Part shown: positions 51,138-60,500 of the stretch, piece by piece | Position numbering within the stretch: position 1 is the stretch's first letter | Layout: each line of letters opens with the position of its first letter | Origin: Candidatus Latescibacterota bacterium | Lineage (GTDB): Bacteria; Latescibacterota; UBA2968; GCA-2709665 | Reading direction: 5' to 3' | Assembly (NCBI GenBank): GCA_965205485.1 | Contig: OZ242180.1 | Location: 1,856,001 to 1,920,000, forward strand | Length of the DNA stretch: 64,000 bases | The notes under the pieces: generated by a model | Told to the model about the DNA's origin: nothing | Database searches by the model: none | What the model saw: only the letters and a program-made list of their open reading frames with translations | Translations under genes and position numbers: made by a program

Positions 51138-54100
51138 ATGAGGCTGCGGAGGTTTTCAGGACCGGGTCTGGCGTTACTACTGGTTGTCGGCAATGCCGGC
51201 GTCGCGCGCGCGCAAGACGTCGCGGAGCCGCAGGGAATCATGATTCGCGTGGACAGGCCCGCCGACGGCGCGTGGGCCGGCATCGGAGGCAGGATCGAGA
51301 TTCGCGTCCTGGCCTACGACGGTATCCTCGACGAGGGTTTCCGCGTGTCCGTCGCGGATGCAAGCGTCCGCGACGAGGACGTCGGCGTCACCAACGGCGG
51401 CGCCGTCGCGCGAGGTTTCGTCTATTACAATATATATATACCCGGTCCGGTCAACCTGCCGCCCGGTGTCGCATTCGGCGACAGCGGGTCGTCGGGCATC
51501 GACACGTTCCGCGTATCCATAACCGTCTCGCCGCAGGCTGAGCTGTTTCAATCCGAAGACGGCCGCTCGGCCAAAGTCGTGGTCGACCTGGACGCGGGCG
51601 TCGACGGCGGCGAGTTGAACAACCTGATGACGAAGTGGAAGATCACCCCGGCTTCCACGGGCTTCGGGGCCGGCAGGGTTGGCGACGGGGTCCGGTTCGG
51701 CATCGATGCCAATCGCCCGGTCCACGCCGACGCGTTCGATTCCTTCTCCGTCGAAACGGACGCCCTGAATCCCGATACCACGCAGGCGGGCCTGATCACG
51801 CGCGTCCGGTTCAGTATCGGAGACGAGATTGCCGTCAGGATCGGTCTGAACACGGCCGGCATTCTGCGTGCAGGAGCAAGCCGCATCCTGGCGGGCGTTG
51901 TGGAGACGGACTCCGCCTTTTCCACGGCGCCGGTTTCCTTCGAGTTCTGGGGAGACAGGCTGTATCGCGCGGAACTCCGGGGCTCGAAGCGGATCGAGGA
52001 GGGCGATTTCACCGATAACCGGCGGGTGCGGGTGGAAGCCTACCTCGTCGATGCCGCCGGAAACCTGGGCGGCGCCTCGATGGATGCCCAGACGGCGTCT
52101 CCCGTCAGCGCCGGCCACGGACTCCCTCTCGTTTTCGATCCCGATGGCGTGGAGTGGATCGCGGACGGGTCCCCGCCCCGGATTGCGATCGTCCACCCCC
52201 ATCCTGACAGCCTGGAAGACCGGATCTCGGCGGCCGTCACGCAGACGCTGCCGGACCTCAAGCGCCTGCCGTGGGAGACCGCCGGCGTCCGGGCCGGCCG
52301 CTGGCTGAACCCCCTCGAGTTCAGGCTCAGCGAAGTTCCGGACTCCATCCGGATCACCCACGGCGACAGCGCGTACGGCGTCGGCAGCGGCGCTGAGGAT
52401 AACCCCGGCACGTTCGACGTGGACGAAGATATGGCCCCCACCGGGAGCGATTCCACGGCCCGGCTCGGTCTCCCGTGGAAATACGACGTTGCGGGCGGCG
52501 TGCGGAACAACCTGAAGATCCAGGTCTGGGACAGCCTGGGAAACACGTCCTCGGTAACCCTGCCTGGCATCTGGTACGACGAGAAGGCGCCGGTGATCGG
52601 CAATCTGTTCCCCTCCGAAGCCGCCGCGCCCAAAGACCCGGAGAACCTGGACGAGCCCACCATCAACCTGGCCAGCAAGGACCCGGTCTTCGCCATCGAC
52701 GAGGAATTGGACTCCCTGTCCGTCCGTTACCTGGAGACCGGCGGCGCCACGGCCGTCGTGCAGAGCTTCGGCCCGGGAAACCACCGGCTGGAGATCATCG
52801 GCGAACTGGTGAACTGGCCGGTGGACAACACGGGTTTCTTCGACCGGAACCGGTACGAACTGCAGATCCTGGCGGTCGACCTCGCCGGCAACGCCAGCGT
52901 GACCGGCGGCGGCACGTTCATGTTCTCCCGTGGCTTCCTGAATCCCAATGCGGACGCGTTCAGGCTTGCCGCCCTGGCGGATCGGGCCGTCGTCGTCGCG
53001 GGCCGGGACTATCCGATCCGGATCACCGTACTGGACACGATGCTCACCCGGATCGAGGGCGCGGACGTTCTGGCCGCAACGTATCACGCGCCGTCCGTGC
53101 TGGCCGTGGTGGTCCCCGGTGACCAGTCCGCCGCGCTCGAAGGCGTAAGCTTCGGCGGGCAGGGCGTCAGCCCGGCGCCCTCCTTCCCCCTTCCCGCGGA
53201 CCTGGCTGCCGCGGGTCGGGTCGCCCGGGCCGCTATCATGGACGGCCAGGGGTGGCACGCGGGCCGGCGGGACGTCGCGGTGAGGTCCGCCCGCCCGATC
53301 GCCGGCGCCATGGTGATGGCGGCCGAGTACGCGATCGACCCCGCCACCGGCGCACAAACCCTCCGCATCAGCGGCCGGCTGGACGCGGCGCTGGACGTGG
53401 AGGTCGCCGAGTTCTCCAGTTTCGCGGTCACGGCCCGGGAGGGTGACGTGCCGGCCGTCGCCGTCGACGGCGCCTTTACGGTCAACGTGCTGCCCGCCGA
53501 CGCATTCGGCAACGCGAGCATGAAAATCGACAACACCGTCGGATCCGAGACGTACGGGTCGGTGGCGGTCCGCTTCAGTTCCAGCCACGCCGCGGTGAAA
53601 CTGCCCTCGGGCGTGCAGACGGTCCCGGCCGGCGGCGCGGATTTCGGCGCGATGGCTGCCGATATGGCCGGCAGCGCGACCATCGCCGTGCGCACGGTAA
53701 ACCGGGACTTCGTCACCGGGTCGGGCGCCGACGCCGTGACGGGCGCGCTCACGGGGAGCGTGACAGTGGGGTTCGCGCCGGAGGGCCGGTCCGTCTCCGC
53801 TCCCGGCGCGCCCGCCTCCATCGCGGTTGAAGATTGGCGAGGCCCGGACGGCCAGGGCGACCAGGGCGGCTGGGTGCTGATCAGCTTCCCTGAAGCGGCG
53901 CGGCGCGAAGGCGTGATTCGCTATCGGATCGAGCGGGAGATCGAGACGACCCTCGAGGGGTACGATGAGGAAGGCAACGAAATCCACGGCGAAACGCCCG
54001 TGAAGCAGTGGCTGCACTGGGCGAGCATCGGACCGGGCGCGGACCGTGGCGGCGAGTCGGACGGAGGCGTGCGGCGCGCCGTGATCCCCGCGCTGGACAA

Positions 54101-55025
54101 CGCGGCCACCCGCTGGGGCGTCAGGTCCGTGGTGAGCGACGGCGGGTCCCCTGCGGCCGTGGCCGGCAAGCGCGTCTTTACCAGGGAGCGCATACGCCAA
54201 ACGCTGCGGCTGCTCGGCATCTCGCCCGTACCGGTCCTGACCGACGAGGAACGGATGGCTCGGATCAACGCGCCGGAGGACTTCGTCCGGTCCGTCATCG
54301 GCGATCGGAAGGACCTGGTCTTCGCGCCCGCCAGTCCCGGCGCGGGCGCGCCGTGGGCCAGCGCTTCCGTACCCGACAACATCCGGACCGCGACCGGAGG
54401 CGGCCTGCGGGTCTCCGCCCGCACGGTCACGGAAGGGCCGGTTGGCGCCGTGGACAACGTCGCCCCGGCCGCGGTTACCGGCGTCACGGCCCGGCGCACG
54501 GGCGCGCTGCGGTGGACGGCTTCCGCCGATGACCGGATCGTGGACTTTATTCCGTTTCGCGGCTACACCATTCCGGTTCCGGGCGTGAAGGGCTACAGGG
54601 TGATGCGCGGCCCGTCTGCCGGCGACCTCGAGCAGATCGCCGCGCTGCCCCCTGGATCCACGCAGTTCACGGACGAAGATCTGCCCGACGGCGCGACGTC
54701 CCTGGTCTACCGGATCGACGCGTATGACGACAACAACGTGACGCCGGGTCAGTTGGTCCCCGTGGACGACCTCTCGGTACGCGCGAGGTTCCTCGACGCC
54801 GCCGGCGATCCGGTCTACCTGATCGTGCTGCCGTCCCAGGGAGGCAGCCCGGCGTTCGACTTCGAGGACCTGATCGCCTTCGCGGCAGCGTTCGGGACGC
54901 GGATGGGCGATGTGAATTACAACCCGCAAGCTGACGTGAACGACGACGGGGCCGTGGACTTTTCAGACTTCGTCACCGCGTCGTCCTCGTTCGGCCGCAC
55001 GGCGGTCGAGCCTGCGGGCGATTGA
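51138..55025 (+). CDS. Large secreted beta-rich protein with C-terminal dockerin/EF-hand-like domain
   Basis: Signal peptide (VARA-Q), DxAGN Ig-like motifs, C-terminal DFEDLIAFAAAFG...ADVNDDGAVDFSDF; paralog of 57558 gene. Confidence 0.75.
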   Translation: MRLRRFSGPGLALLLVVGNAGVARAQDVAEPQGIMIRVDRPADGAWAGIGGRIEIRVLAYDGILDEGFRVSVADASVRDEDVGVTNGGAVARGFVYYNIYIPGPVNLPPGVAFGDSGSSGIDTFRVSITVSPQAELFQSEDGRSAKVVVDLDAGVDGGELNNLMTKWKITPASTGFGAGRVGDGVRFGIDANRPVHADAFDSFSVETDALNPDTTQAGLITRVRFSIGDEIAVRIGLNTAGILRAGASRILAGVVETDSAFSTAPVSFEFWGDRLYRAELRGSKRIEEGDFTDNRRVRVEAYLVDAAGNLGGASMDAQTASPVSAGHGLPLVFDPDGVEWIADGSPPRIAIVHPHPDSLEDRISAAVTQTLPDLKRLPWETAGVRAGRWLNPLEFRLSEVPDSIRITHGDSAYGVGSGAEDNPGTFDVDEDMAPTGSDSTARLGLPWKYDVAGGVRNNLKIQVWDSLGNTSSVTLPGIWYDEKAPVIGNLFPSEAAAPKDPENLDEPTINLASKDPVFAIDEELDSLSVRYLETGGATAVVQSFGPGNHRLEIIGELVNWPVDNTGFFDRNRYELQILAVDLAGNASVTGGGTFMFSRGFLNPNADAFRLAALADRAVVVAGRDYPIRITVLDTMLTRIEGADVLAATYHAPSVLAVVVPGDQSAALEGVSFGGQGVSPAPSFPLPADLAAAGRVARAAIMDGQGWHAGRRDVAVRSARPIAGAMVMAAEYAIDPATGAQTLRISGRLDAALDVEVAEFSSFAVTAREGDVPAVAVDGAFTVNVLPADAFGNASMKIDNTVGSETYGSVAVRFSSSHAAVKLPSGVQTVPAGGADFGAMAADMAGSATIAVRTVNRDFVTGSGADAVTGALTGSVTVGFAPEGRSVSAPGAPASIAVEDWRGPDGQGDQGGWVLISFPEAARREGVIRYRIEREIETTLEGYDEEGNEIHGETPVKQWLHWASIGPGADRGGESDGGVRRAVIPALDNAATRWGVRSVVSDGGSPAAVAGKRVFTRERIRQTLRLLGISPVPVLTDEERMARINAPEDFVRSVIGDRKDLVFAPASPGAGAPWASASVPDNIRTATGGGLRVSARTVTEGPVGAVDNVAPAAVTGVTARRTGALRWTASADDRIVDFIPFRGYTIPVPGVKGYRVMRGPSAGDLEQIAALPPGSTQFTDEDLPDGATSLVYRIDAYDDNNVTPGQLVPVDDLSVRARFLDAAGDPVYLIVLPSQGGSPAFDFEDLIAFAAAFGTRMGDVNYNPQADVNDDGAVDFSDFVTASSSFGRTAVEPAGD

Positions 55026-55041
55026 CGTAGCCCGAACTTCC

Positions 55042-55378
55042 CCCGGGAGCGAGGGCATCCTGCCCTAAAAGGCTGATTCGCGAGGCTCCGGCGCCGTCAC
55101 CTATACCATTCCCGGGAGCGAGCGCATCGAGGTAGCCAGGAATGCCAATCCCTGGAGCGAGGGCATCCCTGCCCTCGACGGCGAATCCGCGCGGCCGTGG
55201 CGCCGTAGTTCCAGATGTGGTATCCGATGAAAGGAAAGCAATTGCCCCTTGATGTGGAAACGCGTCGTTTACTCGAAGTTCGAGGGCAGGATGCCCTCGC
55301 TCCGGATATTTGAGAGGCACGTCGAGGCTTCTTTGTCCCCCCGGTCCCTTCTGCGTCTTTTGTGCTTCTTGTGGCCGA
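55042..55378 (+). repeat. GGAGCGAGGGC hairpin copies incl. paired element 55154-55303, plus 9-mer array
   Basis: Direct matches to 34214, 43084 and 49178 elements. Confidence 0.85.
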
Positions 55379-55493
55379 TTCGACTGTTGTCTATTTTCGA
55401 ATTGAGGTTAATGACTTCATTCGCGCCATTCGTAGTTGTGGTGTTGCCTCAATGCATTTTTTCACGTAAATTCGTAGTTAAGGTGTCGCCTGG

Positions 55494-55937
55494 ATGGACG
55501 AGAGAGAATCTGTATGGAGCGTAACGGACAGGAGCATATTTTCGTTACTGTTCGTGGCATTCTTCATCGGTGGCGGATTTCTGCGATTTTACGGCGGCAA
55601 TGATTTTCAGTTGAATTTCACCATCGTGGCGGACGTGGGGGCTATCGGGCTTTTTGCGGTAACGTGTTCATTCCTCTTATTGGAGGTGAGAGACGTTATG
55701 CTTGGCGTACACGAAGCGGTTAAGCAGTGGAATCTCAAACGGGGACTTCAACGGGGCCGCGAAGAAGGCCGTGTAGAGGGCCGGCAGGAAGGTCGTGAAG
55801 AAGGTCTGGCGGAAGGTCGGAAAGAGCGTGACGAAATGGTCCGAATGTTCCGTAAGTGGTTTTCCGAGGAGAAGGCCAAGGGAAGCGAGGGATTCAGCGA
55901 GCCGCCGCCGTTCCTCAGTAACGGAAATGCGGATTGA
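55494..55937 (+). CDS. Small membrane protein with EGRxEG low-complexity repeat
   Basis: Two hydrophobic segments then QRGREEGRVEGRQEGREEGLAEGRKE. Confidence 0.6.
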   Translation: MDERESVWSVTDRSIFSLLFVAFFIGGGFLRFYGGNDFQLNFTIVADVGAIGLFAVTCSFLLLEVRDVMLGVHEAVKQWNLKRGLQRGREEGRVEGRQEGREEGLAEGRKERDEMVRMFRKWFSEEKAKGSEGFSEPPPFLSNGNAD

Positions 55938-55949
55938 AGTGACTCGCTT

Positions 55950-56230
55950 TTGCCTTTCCTTCTTCCTTCTTCCTCTTCCTTCTTCCTTTTTCGCTCTTCC
56001 TTCTTCCCTTCTTTCCCTCCGCGTCTCCGTGTGAGCCGGCCTTCCACCCTCTTTCCTTTGCCTTTGATCTTGCTTCTGCCTTTCGCTCTTGCTTTTCTCC
56101 CCCGTTCCTTTAGGAGAGAGGGCCGGGGAGAGAGGTCTGCGGGGCCGGTGGACGGGTCGCCTTTGATTCTGCCTTTCGCCTTTCCTTCTTCCTTCTTCGT
56201 TCTTCCTTCTTCCTTTCTCCTGCTTTTTCC
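55950..56230 (+). repeat. Repeat mosaic (TTCCTTC arrays, GGAGAGAGG hairpin)
   Basis: Pyrimidine-strand heptamers and hairpin shared with other regions. Confidence 0.75.
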
Positions 56231-56348
56231 CTTGATTTTCCCCGGCCCTTCGCCATATATTCTTGTTTAGTAAGCGCATTTGCCGAAAATGCCTCCCCCT
56301 GCGGCGCAAAGCCCCTCCCCTCCCTGCGCCGGGAAGGAAGCGCATCCC

Positions 56349-56906
56349 ATGGTCGAAATGAACGTGGTCGGCGTGGCGGTGGAACCCAACACCAACCGGC
56401 CGCTGGTCTGGCTGAAGGACAGGGAGCAGCAGATCTTCCTCCCCATCTCCATCGGCAACTTCGAAGCCACGGCCATCTACATGGCTTTGTACGATGAAGA
56501 GCCGCCCCGGCCGCCCACCTGCGAATTGCTCCGGTCCATACTGGAAGGAATGGGCGTCAAGGTCACGCGGGTGCTCATCAACGCGATCAGGGAAGACGTC
56601 TTCTTCGCCGAGGTCAGCCTGAATGCGGACGGCAAGACCATCGGCGTGGACTCCAGGCCCAGCGACGCGCTCGCCCTGGCCCTCCGCACGGGCGCCCCGG
56701 TTTTCGTGGAAGAGCGGGTGATCCAGGAGGCCGGGCTGCCCATCAATTCCTCTCTGGATATCGAGGTCGAGGGGGTTGAGGGCGGAATTTCCGACAGGTT
56801 GACGGCCCTCAGGGCGGAGCTTCGCGAAGCCGTGGCGCGTGAACAGTACGAAGAGGCGGCCAGCCTGCGCGACGAAATCCAGCGCCTCGAACATCAGATG
56901 CGCTGA
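56349..56906 (+). CDS. Bifunctional nuclease family (DUF151) protein with C-terminal UVR domain
   Basis: LPISIGNFEATAI, PRPPT, DSRPSDALALALR, EQYEEAASLRDEI. Confidence 0.9.
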   Translation: MVEMNVVGVAVEPNTNRPLVWLKDREQQIFLPISIGNFEATAIYMALYDEEPPRPPTCELLRSILEGMGVKVTRVLINAIREDVFFAEVSLNADGKTIGVDSRPSDALALALRTGAPVFVEERVIQEAGLPINSSLDIEVEGVEGGISDRLTALRAELREAVAREQYEEAASLRDEIQRLEHQMR

Positions 56907-56986
56907 AACACGGGTATTGTGGTAAGTGAATGGAACAGGCCCTTTATATTGTGGTTACGAGGCCCGCCGTTATCGCCTTTTGAGCC

Positions 56987-57091
56987 TTTAATCCCGCTAA
57001 TCCGGGTCGGTTTTTGCCTTTAATCCTGTTAATCCTGTTTGCCTTTAATCCTGTTAATCACAGTCGCTTTTTAATCCTGAAAATCCTGCTA
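56987..57091 (+). repeat. TTAATCCTG-type 9-mer tandem repeats
   Basis: About 8 degenerate copies of TAATCC(T/C/G)G in pairs. Confidence 0.75.
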
Positions 57092-57099
57092 AAAAACAC

Positions 57100-57128
57100 T
57101 TGACAGCCTGTTTAGTGTTGCGTATACT
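57100..57128 (+). promoter_or_regulatory. Strong sigma70-type promoter
   Basis: TTGACA-N17-TATACT, A-tract upstream. Confidence 0.7.
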
Positions 57129-57557
57129 TAGGAACCTGTTTGCCGCATAATGTGCGTGTAAACAGCGAAATCGGCCGAATTCACGGCTGTTTTCACCGAC
57201 TATTGGAAGCGGGTTGTTGAAACCTCAAAACACAATCAATATGAGTCAACTGTGCTATCTCTTGAAGGCGGGAGACGAGGGGGTGGCTTTCGTGCATTTA
57301 AAAGGAGGTGTAACGGGGCGGAATGTCTACAAGGGTTCAACCTATATCCATAGTCAAGTTAAAGTGTTGCAGGCAAGGAATTTGTGAATTTTCCAACCGA
57401 AGGGAGGAACGCCATTACCGCTAAATTCCACAACTCTTCCGATTACCGGCACCCCCCACCCAGGGGATTTCCGGTGTTCAAGAAGTGGCTTCACAACGCA
57501 GCAAGGGAGGTTTACCGCAGGTTTTACGAAGCGTCCTGTTTCACAAGGAGGTTGGTA

Positions 57558-60500
57558 ATGCAGTTAAAAACGGTTTCAAGCATTGGTTTGGCGTTTCTGC
57601 TGGTTTTCGGAGTGGTTGGCGTGGCCTCGGCCCAGTTGAGGTGGCCGCCACGCAGGGTGTTTTCATTCGCGTCGACAAACCGGCCGCCAACAAGTGGGCC
57701 GCGATCGGCGACACGATTGAGTTCGGATCCTGTGCTATGACGGCGTCTCGACGACGGCTTCCGGTTTCGGTGGTCGACTCTCCAGCTCGCTGACGCCGAC
57801 GGCGACGGCGACACGTTATACTTTCACGATCGGTGACACTGCCGACCCAAACGGATGTTTTTACAACGCGGATGAACGCGAAATCGCTGGCATCACACGA
57901 ACCCCGCGGGTGATATTACGGTTACGAAGGGGTTGGGCTCTGGTGTCGATACGTTCACGGTTCAATTACCGTGGAACAGGATGACGCGATCGAGAGCGAC
58001 AGCAACCACGCGTTGAAGGTTGTCGTGGACCGGATGCCACCAACAATCCGGGTGGCGCGCTGAACAACCTGATGACCGAACAAGAAGATCACGCCCGCCA
58101 CGGCCGGCTTCGGCGCCAGCCGCGTGGGTGACGGAAGCTGTTCGGCATCGACAGCGTTCGCCCGCTTCATGAAAATGTGTTTACGGAAATCGATCTGGAC
58201 CTGAACAGGTTGGAACCGTCCTGGTCGATACGTCGGCCTCCGGGCTCACCGGCACCGGCCAGCAACCCTACGTCCGGGAGATCCAGATTACAACCGACCA
58301 GGTGTTCAGAGCGGTGCTGAATCTGAATACCGCGATTCCTGAGCGCCAGGGCGGACAGGATCGAAGTCGGTCTCGTTCCCGCCGACTCGATTGCGCGCTA
58401 TGATGCCGAAACAACGGCCGACCCTCCTGGCCTTGGTTTGGAACTGGAACCGGCGAGGGCGAAAGCTTTCGAGGAGGACGCGCGGGTAAAGGTCACGCTC
58501 CGCGGGGACAGGCTGTACAGCCCGAATCCGAGCGTTGAGGATAAGATTGACGCGGGGCAGTTCAAGGATAACGAGCGGCTTGAGCTCTTCGCCTATCTCG
58601 TGGACGTCGCCGGTAACGTCGGCGGTACGTGCCACAGGGCCCTCCGCTGCCAATTGGAGAACCCTCCACGGCGGTGCCGACTCGCTCCTGGCTGATATAG
58701 CAACTCTGACAGCTGTGGCCGCGGCTGGAGCCAACACAAATGTACCGATTATCGGCGACGCGACCGCGCCCAAGATTACGATCAATATCCCAATCCGGAC
58801 AGTATTGCGGCCGGATCGGAGAATCATAAACCTCTGATCACCGCGGCGATCACGCAGTCGCTTGACGGCATTTATACGCAGTTGCCGGGTGAGCCCGCGG
58901 TACAGACCAACCGTCGGCTGAGACCGCTTGAGTTCAAGCTCAGCGAAGGGGTGAGCAAGATCACGATCAAACACGCCGACAGTACGCTGACGCTCAATCC
59001 CATCCCTGACGATCCCGCTACAACGGGCGACGACGAATCCGCGGACCCCACGGGCGGCGACGGCGTGGCCACGGTGGACTTCCTCAACGATACCCCCGAT
59101 ACGGCCCCATGGTGGACGGTAACTGAGGAAACCGGCGCCGTGGCGGGTATCGATAAAGGGAAGTACGAAGCCAAGGGTGGAACTGCCGGGGATATCATCA
59201 TCACCGCCTGGGACAGCCTGGGCAACAAGACCGAGTACAAGGGCCTGACGGGCATCACGCTCGACGGAAACACCCCGGGGATCACCAATCTGTTCCCCTC
59301 GGACGAAGCGGCGCCCAAGGACGCGGACAACGAGGACGCGCCCACCATAGACCCGGTCACCAAGAACCCGGCCTTCATCATCAACGAAGAGCTGGACTCG
59401 CTGTCCATTCGTTATCATGAGTCGGGCGGCGGAGCGACCATCGTGCAGGCCTACGGGCCGGGCAACGCCAGGCTGGAGACGGTGGGCAGTCTGGTCTCCT
59501 GGCCGGTGAACGATACCACCTTCATCGATCGCCAGAGGTACGAGTCTGGAGGTGCTGGCGATCGACCTCGCGGGCAACGCCAGCGTGACGAAGGGCGGTA
59601 CGCTCACGTTCAAGGATATGTTTACGAATCCGGACGCCGATATGTTCAAGATTGCGGCGACGCCGGACGAGAAGCAGGTTGCCGGCGTGGACGTCTCGCT
59701 GGCGATGACGGTCCTCGATACAACGCTGACGCGTGTCGAAAAGGAAAAGGATAGCGCCGCCGGCGACGTTCTGGCGGTAACCTATCACACGCCGTCGGCG
59801 GTGGCCGTGCTCGTTTCCGGCGATCAGGCCGAAGCGCTCGAAGGCGTGACGTTCAGCGGCACCGGCGTATCTCCGGCGCCCTCGTTCGCGATTCCCGCCG
59901 ACCTGGCCGCGCTGGGCATGGTGGCGAAGGCCGCCATTCTGGACGGCGACGGCTGGCACGCGGGACAGCGGACCGTCAAGTTCAAGTCCACGAAGCCGCT
60001 GACCGGAATTACCGTGATGGCGGCGGAAGGCTCGCATCGATCCCGGCACCGGCGCCTACACGCTGCGTATCAACGGTCAGGCCGCCAAGGCGATCAACAT
60101 CGAGGTCGCGGAATTCTCGAAGTTCAACGTAACGGCGATCGAGGGTGAGATCTCGACGGACAACGTGGCCGGGTCCTTTTCGGTCCACGTGGCGCCCGCC
60201 GACGCCTTCGGCAACCCCAGTCTGAAGATTGAGAATGCTGCGGGTGCGAAGGTGTATACGTCGGTAGCCTTCACCTTCGCTTCCAGTAACGCCGCCGTAT
60301 CGGTGCCCTCCGGCCAGCAGATGGTGACCAGCACGGACGGGGCCACGTACGGCGCGCTGGCCAGCGACGCCAGCGGCAGCGCGACGATCAGCGTCAGGAG
60401 TGTTGAAACCTATACGACCGGCGCTGCACAGGGTACCGATGACGACAAGACGGCGCCGTCACCGGTGCCGTGACCGTCAACATCGTATCCACTGACGGAG

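Noticed and set aside
51177..54929. 1250-aa minus-strand ORF and other long antisense ORFs (e.g. 43552..45669, 60410..62284, 62601..63944)
   Set aside because: Shadow frames of high-GC genes on the opposite strand; Arg/Gly/His-rich with no domain motifs.
27283..55303. Repeat-spacer-repeat units as a CRISPR array
   Set aside because: Repeats are inverted and dispersed, spacers are about 100 bp and homologous to each other, and no cas genes are present.
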